Source of the DNA: a virus | Direction: 5' to 3' (one strand) | Length of the DNA stretch: 64,000 nt | IMG/VR virus record: IMGVR_UViG_3300045988_147522 | Shown: positions 18,425 to 26,762 of the stretch, one piece after another | Numbering within the stretch: the stretch's first letter is position 1 | Layout of the letters: each line of letters opens with the position of its first letter | Program-made: the position numbers and the translations under genes | Notes under the pieces: model-generated | The model's input: the letters and a program-made list of their open reading frames with translations, nothing else | Told to the model about the DNA's origin: nothing | Databases searched by the model: none

Positions 18425-18475
18425 ACTGTTGTCAAAACTGTTGTCAAAGTTTCAAAATTCTCTGACAACAGTTTT
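18424..18475. repeat. right-arm repeats: 2 direct and 1 inverted ACTGTTGTCAAA
   Basis: aactgttgtcaaa x2 (18424-18449) and ctgacaacagtttt (18462-18475), just upstream of int. Confidence 0.6.
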
Positions 18476-18501
18476 CAAAACACAAAATCGGAGGTCAATT
18501 T

Positions 18502-19731
18502 ATGAAAAACACAAAAAATGACAAAAACGCAAATCAACCAGTTCGTACCAGAAGAGACAACGGAGCAGGTTCAATTACCCTACGAAAAGACGGAAGATGG
18601 ATGGGTTCAATTCAGTACGGATATAAAGCTGACGGTAAACCAAAGCGCATTACCATCTACGGAAAAACACAGCAAGAAGTAAAGAAAAAACTAAGAGAGA
18701 AAAGTGAAGAGTTTGTTAAAAACGATGGCAATATCATATTAGCTAAATCAATTAAGGATTGGTTTTCAGAATGGTTGTATAAGGAATTAAAATACACCTT
18801 AAAACCGAAAAGTTTTGATGCAAAAGAAAGAACAATCAATAAATTTATTATTCCAAATTTTGGTTATATACAAATCAACCAGTTGACATCTAAAGATGTT
18901 CAAGCCCTTATAAACAAAATGGTAAAACAAGGGTATTCTTTATCCCAAATAGATAAAGTAAGATCAACAATAGTGCAAAAATATCGCTTAGGTATGCAAA
19001 ATAATGAAGTAACAATAAACCCAGCACTAAATGTGAAATTGCCAGCATCATTAAAAGCCGAGGTAGAAACCAAACAAGTGTTAGCGTTGAGCGAAGAAGA
19101 AGTAAAAAAATTAACCGAACAGGCGTATAAAACATATCCTAATGGAACAAAAGTATACTCAAGAGGAGAATTTATTGTTTTCTTACTAAATACCGGATTA
19201 AGACTCGGAGAAGCAACCGCTTTAACATGGGACGATGTTGATTTTGATAACCATACAATTACTGTAAATAAAAGTTATGTTCAAGTGTTAAATCGGGACA
19301 AAAATAATATCAATCCGCAAACACAAAAACCTTATGCCTATACGATGATATTACAAAAGTCTCCGAAGACAACACGCAGTACAAGAGTTATACCACTAAA
19401 CAAAGAAGCCCAGAGAGCTTTAAAAGGATTGTGGGATTGTAACAAAAAATACGAATTGGTATGTGCTAACGAGAAAGGCAAACCTAATGATTCATCCAAC
19501 TTGAATAGAAGCTTAAAATATATGCTTAAGCAAGCAGGCATAAGCACCTCATACAGTGTTCATTCATTGCGTCACACCTTTGCCACACAGTTATTTCGTA
19601 ATCATGTAGACATAGAAATAATTAGTCAATTATTAGGACACGCAGACACTACGACAACCTATAACACCTACATTCATGTTATTCAGGCAGAAAAAATTGA
19701 AGCAGTTGGTTCGTTGGATTTTGTGAAATAA
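18502..19731 (+). CDS. int: tyrosine integrase
   Basis: Catalytic residues in context: GLRLGEATAL (R), HSLRHTFAT (HxxR), LLGHADTTTTYNTYIH (H..Y). N-terminal arm-binding-like domain. Confidence 0.9.
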   Translation: MKNTKNDKNANQPVRTRRDNGAGSITLRKDGRWMGSIQYGYKADGKPKRITIYGKTQQEVKKKLREKSEEFVKNDGNIILAKSIKDWFSEWLYKELKYTLKPKSFDAKERTINKFIIPNFGYIQINQLTSKDVQALINKMVKQGYSLSQIDKVRSTIVQKYRLGMQNNEVTINPALNVKLPASLKAEVETKQVLALSEEEVKKLTEQAYKTYPNGTKVYSRGEFIVFLLNTGLRLGEATALTWDDVDFDNHTITVNKSYVQVLNRDKNNINPQTQKPYAYTMILQKSPKTTRSTRVIPLNKEAQRALKGLWDCNKKYELVCANEKGKPNDSSNLNRSLKYMLKQAGISTSYSVHSLRHTFATQLFRNHVDIEIISQLLGHADTTTTYNTYIHVIQAEKIEAVGSLDFVK

Positions 19732-19746
19732 AATACAAAAAAAATA

Positions 19747-19780
19747 GGGGTAACTCAAATCGAGTTACCCCTAAAATTTT
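19747..19780. terminator. bidirectional intrinsic terminator between convergent int and moron
   Basis: GGGGTAACTC-aaatc-GAGTTACCCC with an A-run upstream and a T-run downstream. Confidence 0.7.
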
Positions 19781-19929
19781 AAAAACTATGTGAAGGTCAT
19801 TAACCCTCTCAATGCAAAACCTAATGGTTTTTGATACCTTATTTTGTTTCATCTCTGAGAACTTTACGCAGAGATTCTGCTCGTTTCTCAATAATGTTGT
19901 CAAAAATCATAACAATAACCTCTTGTAAA

Positions 19930-20967
19930 TCATTTTGTATTAACAGCATCACCATTGGTGCTTAGCCGTTGCATATAATAGTTACATAATTCGATACCAA
20001 TACGATTTCTGTAATTATCAACAAGACTGTTATTGAGATTATAAGCAAGAGTATTGCAGGCGTCTTGGATTACCTTTTGTGCATCAACTTTCTTACCAAG
20101 TGTTTTTAATAATTCATCTTCATCTACAATATGTTTTTTATAGGTTGCTATTGTAATTATCGCCTTAATATATTCTCCACTTGAATTACGAAGTGTTAGC
20201 AAGAAACACCCTATTGAACCTTTAAGATTTCCGTTTCCGTCAACTTGGTCTAAATTAGTAGTATAATAATGCCTATCGTTAAGTGCTTTTTGCTTGTCAT
20301 TAAAGAATACATAAGGACGCCCTATGTCTAATAAATGAGCAAAAGTAGATTGTTTATTAGAAATAATGTGTGAAATCGAAGCCGAATATTCGTCAATGTT
20401 GTACCAAGTATCTTTATCGGTAAATGGGAAATTACAGATTAAATTCGTGTGTATTTCTGATTTAGCGAAACTATGAGTTTTGTCCTTTAGCAAAACACTA
20501 ACACTGCGTGACAACTCATCTAATATATTTTGGATTTGACGACAAGGGTTAGTGTAAATCAACGGAGCGATTTGTCTACCTCTTACTACATTTTCTATTT
20601 CATGAATCTGTGTGTGTAACTTGTGTTTACATATCGTGTCTACACTGGAATTCACTTCAAGAAGTAAATCCCGCTCTGCTGTAATCTTATCCAACTCTTC
20701 TTTATCTTTGGTATGTATTTCACAATAGCGATCTACCACAGATATGCCTAAATTGAGCAACAGTACGACTACAGTTAATATCCACCCCAAAACTGTAAGA
20801 TACCGTCCTTTTGCACTATTCTCTGTTAGCCATCCGTTTCCAAAGAAAGCTAAAATTAAAGAGAACCATACGCCTGATAGTTTAACCAAAAACAAAGACA
20901 CTATCCAATTATCTTCAACTGCTTGATGAACCTTTAATATTGCAGTACCTAATTTATTATTTTCCAT
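19930..20967 (-). CDS. 2-TM membrane protein with C-terminal GAF-like/sensor-like domain (lysogeny-island moron)
   Basis: Two N-terminal TM helices (IVSLFLVKLSGVWFSLILAFF, LTVLGWILTVVVLLLNLGISVV), a coiled segment and a ~200-aa globular C-domain (GSIGCFLLTLRNSSGEYIKAIITIATY). Confidence 0.55.
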   Translation of the reverse strand: MENNKLGTAILKVHQAVEDNWIVSLFLVKLSGVWFSLILAFFGNGWLTENSAKGRYLTVLGWILTVVVLLLNLGISVVDRYCEIHTKDKEELDKITAERDLLLEVNSSVDTICKHKLHTQIHEIENVVRGRQIAPLIYTNPCRQIQNILDELSRSVSVLLKDKTHSFAKSEIHTNLICNFPFTDKDTWYNIDEYSASISHIISNKQSTFAHLLDIGRPYVFFNDKQKALNDRHYYTTNLDQVDGNGNLKGSIGCFLLTLRNSSGEYIKAIITIATYKKHIVDEDELLKTLGKKVDAQKVIQDACNTLAYNLNNSLVDNYRNRIGIELCNYYMQRLSTNGDAVNTK

Positions 20968-21115
20968 TCCTCTTGTTTTCTCCCTTACGAGGACTAATCG
21001 TCATCAAAATGGAATATTCTCTTACCTTAATGTTTCGCTTAACATTAAGTTTTTCACTTATCGCATATTGATACATTGTCCTATTTGGTTTTGCAACCAT
21101 ATCTTTAACACCCAT
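20957..21115 (-). CDS. small putative HTH regulator
   Basis: ATG 21115 lies 5 nt after GGAGGA. YAISEKLNVKRNIKVRE resembles the Xre-type recognition helix region. Confidence 0.4.
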   Translation of the reverse strand: MGVKDMVAKPNRTMYQYAISEKLNVKRNIKVREYSILMTISPRKGENKRNGK

Positions 21116-21150
21116 AATTATCCTCCAAAAAACCAATCCTGACACCTCTC

Positions 21151-21179
21151 ATTTTACAATTTTTTACAATATATGTCAA
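21151..21179 (-). promoter_or_regulatory. sigma-A-type promoter (TTGACA-17-TAAAAT) for the moron operon
   Basis: Minus strand TTGACA (21179-21174), a 17-nt spacer and TAAAAT (21156-21151). TTTACAAT direct repeats overlap it. Confidence 0.55.
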
Positions 21180-21262
21180 TGGGTTTATTACATAAATGTA
21201 TCATAACACATTTATTTCAAAAAATATTTTATTTTATGTCAAATATATTTAAAAGGATTATT

Positions 21263-21409
21263 TTAATCCCATTTGATTTCATTTTTATTATACTTAGACA
21301 GCCTATCTAATATCCATTGCTTTTTATGGTGAGACTGATTGTCAAAATCCTTAACTTTATTTTTATCTACCTCAAAAGGCTGACTTGTCTGTACTGCAAG
21401 CACTGACAT
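21263..21409 (-). CDS. 48-aa hypothetical protein (below the ORF-track cutoff)
   Basis: MSVLAVQTSQPFEVDKNKVKDFDNQSHHKKQWILDRLSKYNKNEIKWD with GAAAGG 8 nt upstream. Confidence 0.3.
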   Translation of the reverse strand: MSVLAVQTSQPFEVDKNKVKDFDNQSHHKKQWILDRLSKYNKNEIKWD

Positions 21410-21424
21410 TTTTAACATCCTTTC

Positions 21425-21724
21425 AAAAAAACAAAATTGGCGTTTATGACCATTGGTACGCCATAAACCAACCCACCTCTTTATCTTCCTCTATGTTGGT
21501 CAACCATAGTCTTATCTTCGCTCGTTGTCCAATTATTTTGAGTCGCTGGCATCGTGCTACGACCAAGAATCTAAGCTATTTTATCTGTATTCTACAGAAA
21601 GGTAGTTGCGTTCGCATTCCTGACATCTAAAGGTAGATGTTACCACTATATAAATCTGCTCAAGTGAGCTGACACTAAATGTCATAATTGCCTGTGAGTC
21701 CTCAGATTATCACAGGGCGATCAC
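21425..21724 (-). ncRNA. candidate ~300-nt structured non-coding RNA
   Basis: ORF-free region, GC-richer than its flanks. Minus-strand TATAAT at 21736-21731. Multiple hairpins (CCTGTGA/TCACAGG, TGACA/TGTCA, ACATCT/AGATGT, TCTGTA/TACAGA, TTGGACAAC/GTTGACCAA). Terminal TGGCGT...ACGCCA stem followed by a T-run. Confidence 0.3.
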
Positions 21725-21825
21725 TAATATATTATACCCCATAAGCTCGAAAAGCATTGCAAGAATACCAAGACCGTGTACCCTAAAGTATCACAGTACG
21801 AACTTATGTGTTACCTTTTGGTATG

Positions 21826-22710
21826 TCAGCCGAGTGCCTTTTTTGCGTTGGCAATTTTCTTGTCTTTAGACCAATTGCAATCATTGATAAGATGATAGAT
21901 AACATTGATTGTTTTTTCATCTACAACGCCGCTAACCGTGATATTACCTGCTTTCTGTGCCTCTTTTACAGCTTTCAAAGTGCCGTCACCGAAACCGTTT
22001 GAATTATCGACTTTCGTCTTGATGATACCCATATTGTAGAGTGTAATCAACAGTTTCTTGAATGCAAGTGTTGCCGTATTATGTGAACCGTATTTAATCA
22101 TTTCCTCATTCTCCTCTGACTTTGATTTGATAATGTTTTTATTAATGATGACATCGGTATCAACATTACCGCTGATACCGCTGATTCTGCCGTTATCGGC
22201 GTTCTGCCATATATCGCAAGACTTGGATGGGTTGGATGACCACTGTGCAAGCCAAATACTGTACTTACTCCTGAGCCTTTCATAATCAAGATGATTATTG
22301 AGCCAGTTAAGATTACTGTACACTCCTGCACGATATCCGCCTGATTTGATAGCATCACAAAAAGCAATTGCAATGTTTGTCAGAGCAGACATACCGAGCC
22401 TTGTCTGACCGCTCTCTTCAAGGTCGTAATATACAGGTAATTCAAGCGTTTTGCCCTTAATACACGCAAGGCATACTTTAGCCTCCTGCTTTGCTTCTTC
22501 AGCAGAATAAGCATAAGAGTACCAGTATACACCGACCGCAAGACCTGCCCTCTTAGCGTTCTTGTAATGCGTTTCAAATTCAGAGTCTTTCTGATAGGTT
22601 TCTTTACCAAATCCTGCACGGATAATCACGGCGTCAATACCGCTGTTCTTAACTTTGTTGTAGTCAACCCCTGTTTGACAATAGCTAACATCAATAGCAG
22701 TAACTTTCAT
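21826..22710 (-). CDS. endolysin: GH25 muramidase plus C-terminal peptidoglycan-binding domain
   Basis: AIDVSYCQTGVDYNKVKNSGIDAVIIRAGFG...GVYWYSYA is a GH25 signature. The C-terminus GFGDGTLKAVKEAQK is PG_binding_1-like. Confidence 0.85.
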   Translation of the reverse strand: MKVTAIDVSYCQTGVDYNKVKNSGIDAVIIRAGFGKETYQKDSEFETHYKNAKRAGLAVGVYWYSYAYSAEEAKQEAKVCLACIKGKTLELPVYYDLEESGQTRLGMSALTNIAIAFCDAIKSGGYRAGVYSNLNWLNNHLDYERLRSKYSIWLAQWSSNPSKSCDIWQNADNGRISGISGNVDTDVIINKNIIKSKSEENEEMIKYGSHNTATLAFKKLLITLYNMGIIKTKVDNSNGFGDGTLKAVKEAQKAGNITVSGVVDEKTINVIYHLINDCNWSKDKKIANAKKALG

Positions 22711-22712
22711 TG

Positions 22713-22985
22713 TTATTCCTCGCTTTCTGTAAATGATTTTTCCAAATCAATACCTTCCATAACCGCTCTTGCTTCAAGTACAGCGATATAATCTGTCATT
22801 GCTTTAATCTGCATATTGTATGTACTGCGTGGACAAGCCGGTGTAAATGCTAATTCGTTCTTGTCCCAATTATCAAGCATTTTCTTCAATCCCTTATAAC
22901 GAATTACCAATTGCTGATACTCGGCTATAAATCTTTCCTTGTAGTCCTCACTCATCATACCGTTAATTGTTTCTGCTAAAACCAT
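22713..22985 (-). CDS. small helical protein, paralog of 12654-12884
   Basis: See 12654-12884. Sits directly upstream of the endolysin. Confidence 0.5.
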   Translation of the reverse strand: MVLAETINGMMSEDYKERFIAEYQQLVIRYKGLKKMLDNWDKNELAFTPACPRSTYNMQIKAMTDYIAVLEARAVMEGIDLEKSFTESEE

Positions 22986-23009
22986 AATAATTATTCCTCG
23001 CTTTCATCT

Positions 23010-23053
23010 GTTTTAAATTACAAAGCACCCACCTCAATTAAGAGATGAGTGCT
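23010..23053 (-). terminator. hairpin terminator after the holin
   Basis: 12-bp stem that is perfect only on the minus strand (two G.U pairs), followed by a U-rich tract. Confidence 0.45.
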
Positions 23054-23074
23054 AATTTTATGTATTGTATTTAA

Positions 23075-23326
23075 TTACTTAGGTTCACCATAGGTCATAG
23101 CCTGTTCACTGTCTGATGTACCCTTAGTTGTAGGATCAACTACAACGCCAAGCACTGCAAGCAAAGCAAATACAGTGTTCACTACTGCCGTAAGGTTATT
23201 GCCAAGCTCACCAAAATCAAGCTCAAAACCAAACACTTTAGCTACCGCCTGAATCAGCAGAAGTGCCGCAGGAATAAGTGCAAGCCAAAATGTTTTATTT
23301 TTAAATCTTACTGTCCAGTTAATCAT
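23075..23326 (-). CDS. holin (phi-LC3 / LL-H type)
   Basis: MINWTVRFKNKTFWLALIPAALLLIQ...VLGVVVDPTTKGTSDSEQAMTY. Internal Met 23326 follows AAAGGAG. Confidence 0.85.
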   Translation of the reverse strand: MINWTVRFKNKTFWLALIPAALLLIQAVAKVFGFELDFGELGNNLTAVVNTVFALLAVLGVVVDPTTKGTSDSEQAMTYGEPK

Positions 23327-23339
23327 ATAACCAACTCCT

Positions 23340-23768
23340 TTAAATATTCTTTTCTGGCAAATGTAATGCCAGTTTATATCTATCAGTACAATATGTGTCT
23401 CCGCCAAGATTGTGATACTCTTTATACAGGTCAATCAAATTGAGTTTTTGGATTGAGGTGATACTATTCTTTGCAAGACACTTGTCACACAACTCTAAGA
23501 TACTATTTCTCAAACCTGCCTTCACTGCTTCAGCTAACTTAACCGACATATCCCACTTTTCTGTATCAAGAGCAATGTGAGACTCTAACATTTCTTCAAT
23601 TTTGTTAAGCTTCTCTATTGTGTCGTTAGTGTTGTTTGTATTTCGCACCCAACCGATTATTTTACGGCGTAGAGGGGTGACTATAGCAGTCAACACTGTC
23701 AGTATAGCAGTAGCACAACCAAAGCATACACTAATAGTCTTAATGATTTCAATTATTTCATTACTCAT
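23340..23768 (-). CDS. membrane-anchored protein of the lysis cassette
   Basis: N-terminal TM helix (ISVCFGCATAILTVLTAIV), then a helical domain, adjacent to the holin. Confidence 0.5.
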   Translation of the reverse strand: MSNEIIEIIKTISVCFGCATAILTVLTAIVTPLRRKIIGWVRNTNNTNDTIEKLNKIEEMLESHIALDTEKWDMSVKLAEAVKAGLRNSILELCDKCLAKNSITSIQKLNLIDLYKEYHNLGGDTYCTDRYKLALHLPEKNI

Positions 23769-23787
23769 TCAATCACCACATTGATTA

Positions 23788-26241
23788 TTACTCCTTTGTT
23801 TGTATTATTTTTTCAAGTGCTGCAACTCTTGCCTCAAGATTGCCTTTTAAGACTTTATTGCGATTAGCAAGAGATACAGTACATTGCATATCAATTGTTT
23901 TGTTCGCTGCAAGCTTCACTCGTAAATATGTAATAGGTTTAGTTACACCATCTACAATCAGCGACTTGGAAGTCTTGTTTAACGCCAACTCCAGAGATGT
24001 ATCAATTATGTTATAAGACGAATCTGCGAAAGTAATTGTCACATCTGATGAAACTGGTGTAATATTATCTATATAGAAATTATATGTACCGCCTTTCAAT
24101 TCCAATGAATCGAGCTTAACATAGACGAAAGACTTGCCACTGGTGTATGCTGTATCGCATTTAATACTCAATGTATTGTCTGTTGCTACGACACTAAAGT
24201 GAGTATTGGTTTTGCTTGTGTATGTACCATTAGTACACGATAAAATATTTGGAGCATCCTCTAACACATCTGATACATTAGCTTTTGGTTCACCAAAGTC
24301 GCTATCTAACAAGTCGTACATTCTAAACATTTTATTATAATCATCTGTAAGATTATTGGTGTATATCATATGATTAGGCTTAACATATGTTGTTGAACCA
24401 ATATCGAGAGTATTACCACTATTCGTCAAACCAAAGTATTGATTATTTGCAGTTTGTACCTCGTTTTCAGTTGTACCATACTTATAATTAACATCAGATA
24501 AAGATAATTTATTAATTGCCGAAATCATACTTGCATCAAACATAATTGCAGATGCACCACGATAATGTCCTATTTGACAATCATCAAAAATGACGGACTG
24601 ATATTGATAAGTCAATCCTGCTGCATACCCTGATCTTAACGGACTTGTCACATTTTCAATTGTACAATTTCGTGCAATAACACTGCACGGTTCATTGGTA
24701 TAATATGTACCTGTTACAGACAGTCTCTGATTAAGCACAATACCATTGCCAATGTATTTGTCTCCATGCGTAGATGTTTCAGTTTTATCTGCTCCATAAA
24801 GTTTACAGTTATCAATATAATTAGTGCCGTTATCCCAATCAAGAGTTAAACAACTTGCATACTTATTGTGTATTGTTGAGTCTCTAAGTATCATCTTGCC
24901 GTATTGTGCTTCAATTGCCGCACCCCAACCATCAATATCAATGTAACAATTATTAATGTTGGTATGTCTTGTGCTTACTTTAATGCCTCTTTTTGCACAG
25001 TCAGTAATTGTGCAGTTGGATACAGTAATATAGCTATCACCACTACAGTCAGCAGAAGGTCTTTGAATTAAATAAATACCATCTCCATCAGGCTCTTTGT
25101 CACCAACTTTGTATCCATTGATATTGCTGATTTGAGAATTACTGATATATCCGTGTTGACTAAACTCACCATTCACACTTGACACTCCTATGCCGACCGC
25201 GTGAATAAATGTATCCTCAGATACAGTACCAGCCTTAATGTCAGATACAATAACATTATTGATATTAAACTGAGAACAATCTCTAATTAAATTAATGCCA
25301 GCAGCAAATGAAGATACTTTGTTTCCTGCACCTTTAATGGTTGCATTTGTGATATTACTGTTTTGACAACCAACTAATGTAATGCACTGAGACACTTTGT
25401 GCTGCCCATCGAAACAACCCCCGATAATTGTTAAATTATTACAATTAGTAAACTTAAAAAACGAACCTTGCACAGTCGTTTCAGCAGCGTCTGTCGAATT
25501 AGTAGTTTGATTGTAAAATACAAAATTAGTATTATCACAAATAATGGTCAAGTCATCAATATTAGACAAAGCAATACCATTGCACTTATAAGTACCTACT
25601 GGAAAATAAAGACATCTTTTTCTTAACGAAGCTGTCGGTATTTTCGATAAACTTGTCACCCCTCCTGAATTACTAACACCATACGCAGTTGCACTCAATA
25701 GTGACAAATCATTGTTACTCCAAAAATTATTTAGAAGATACTTAAGGCTTGGATAATTCTTAGCCGTGTCCGTAATATCAGAATTATCCAAAATCTTCAA
25801 ATCCTTATTTTCAGGATTAATGTTAGAATATTTGGATAGCAAGGTTAATAATGCACTAAACTGTTCGCTTGCTTCAATTGCATGACCACTGGTTGACTTG
25901 TTAATAGTGAGATTAATACCGCTAATTTTCAGAACCTTGTTATTAATGGTGATATTAAGTTCACCTTCACCCACACCTGCATAAACAGTCATAGAGGGTT
26001 TAACTTCAAATTCAACAATACCTCGTTTAACATCTATAATTGTTGCGTCAACAATTTCTTCAGAACCACGAGGGAGAGTTATTGTGTATGTAACCGCCGA
26101 ACCAGTTAAGTCAATTGCTCCTTTATCATCCACAACCATAAGGCGAGGATATTTGATACCACCCTCGCCTTGTGTTACAGTAAAAAACTTGTTGTTGTCT
26201 TTCCAAGCGTGTACTGTATATATTTTATTGTAGGTTTTCAT
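23788..26241 (-). CDS. tailspike / receptor-binding protein with right-handed beta-helix (depolymerase-like)
   Basis: BppU-like Ig N-terminus. Repeated beta-helix rungs (NCTITDCAKRGIKVS, NINNCYIDIDGWGAAIE, NATIKGAGN). ATG 26241 follows AAGGAGGAA. Confidence 0.7.
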   Translation of the reverse strand: MKTYNKIYTVHAWKDNNKFFTVTQGEGGIKYPRLMVVDDKGAIDLTGSAVTYTITLPRGSEEIVDATIIDVKRGIVEFEVKPSMTVYAGVGEGELNITINNKVLKISGINLTINKSTSGHAIEASEQFSALLTLLSKYSNINPENKDLKILDNSDITDTAKNYPSLKYLLNNFWSNNDLSLLSATAYGVSNSGGVTSLSKIPTASLRKRCLYFPVGTYKCNGIALSNIDDLTIICDNTNFVFYNQTTNSTDAAETTVQGSFFKFTNCNNLTIIGGCFDGQHKVSQCITLVGCQNSNITNATIKGAGNKVSSFAAGINLIRDCSQFNINNVIVSDIKAGTVSEDTFIHAVGIGVSSVNGEFSQHGYISNSQISNINGYKVGDKEPDGDGIYLIQRPSADCSGDSYITVSNCTITDCAKRGIKVSTRHTNINNCYIDIDGWGAAIEAQYGKMILRDSTIHNKYASCLTLDWDNGTNYIDNCKLYGADKTETSTHGDKYIGNGIVLNQRLSVTGTYYTNEPCSVIARNCTIENVTSPLRSGYAAGLTYQYQSVIFDDCQIGHYRGASAIMFDASMISAINKLSLSDVNYKYGTTENEVQTANNQYFGLTNSGNTLDIGSTTYVKPNHMIYTNNLTDDYNKMFRMYDLLDSDFGEPKANVSDVLEDAPNILSCTNGTYTSKTNTHFSVVATDNTLSIKCDTAYTSGKSFVYVKLDSLELKGGTYNFYIDNITPVSSDVTITFADSSYNIIDTSLELALNKTSKSLIVDGVTKPITYLRVKLAANKTIDMQCTVSLANRNKVLKGNLEARVAALEKIIQTKE

Positions 26242-26365
26242 TATTTTCCTCCTTATCACTTCGTTAATATATACATTGTATTTTCATAAATAGAAACATT
26301 ACTTGTACACTATAACGAATAATTTGGCTTTAAAACCCTCCTTTTAAAACTCTTCAAATTCGCTG

Positions 26366-26476
26366 TCATTCCATGTAATTATTTAGAATTTCCTGCACCT
26401 GCGCCCTAATTTTTTCAGGAACATCGTCGATTGTTTTTAATCCTTTACGGATTAATTCCGCATAAATTTTCGCCAT
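26366..26476 (-). CDS. 36-aa conserved small protein of tail-fibre loci
   Basis: MAKIYAELIRKGLKTIDDVPEKIRAQVQEILNNYME resembles small proteins seen after tail-fibre genes in clostridial phages (recalled, not searched). Confidence 0.45.
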   Translation of the reverse strand: MAKIYAELIRKGLKTIDDVPEKIRAQVQEILNNYME

Positions 26477-26481
26477 TTACA

Positions 26482-26748
26482 TCATCCCTCCGTAATTCCT
26501 TCATATATTTCACATAATGCAAGTTGAGTGTCGGTAAGCTGTGATTCAAGCGTTGTGTTTCGCTCATCAATCATTTTAATGTATTCATCCTTTGTATAAC
26601 GTAGCTGATTGAACTCATACTCAGTATGGCTTTCATCTTCTGACTGCACAACAATTTCTGTGATGTCGCTGTTCACCCACACTGAGTACTCGTCAATTTC
26701 GACTTTCTCAGGCTTTACAGTGCTTCTTACTGCGCCGTAATCAATCAT
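26482..26748 (-). CDS. small tail-fibre-associated protein
   Basis: 88 aa, directly after the fibre gene. C-terminal ...LTDTQLALCEIYEG. Confidence 0.5.
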   Translation of the reverse strand: MIDYGAVRSTVKPEKVEIDEYSVWVNSDITEIVVQSEDESHTEYEFNQLRYTKDEYIKMIDERNTTLESQLTDTQLALCEIYEGITEG

Positions 26749-26762
26749 AACTATTCCTCCTC

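Noticed and set aside
18395-18475. Possible mini CRISPR array or other spacer-repeat structure.
   Set aside because: The repeats are 10-13 bp, contiguous and without spacers, and they flank the attP core. They fit recombinase or accessory-factor binding sites.
21385-21630. 81-aa + strand ORF in the ORF-poor lysogeny gap.
   Set aside because: It has a TTG start, no SD and no recognisable motif, and it is antisense to the small minus-strand ORF. The region is treated as a candidate ncRNA instead.
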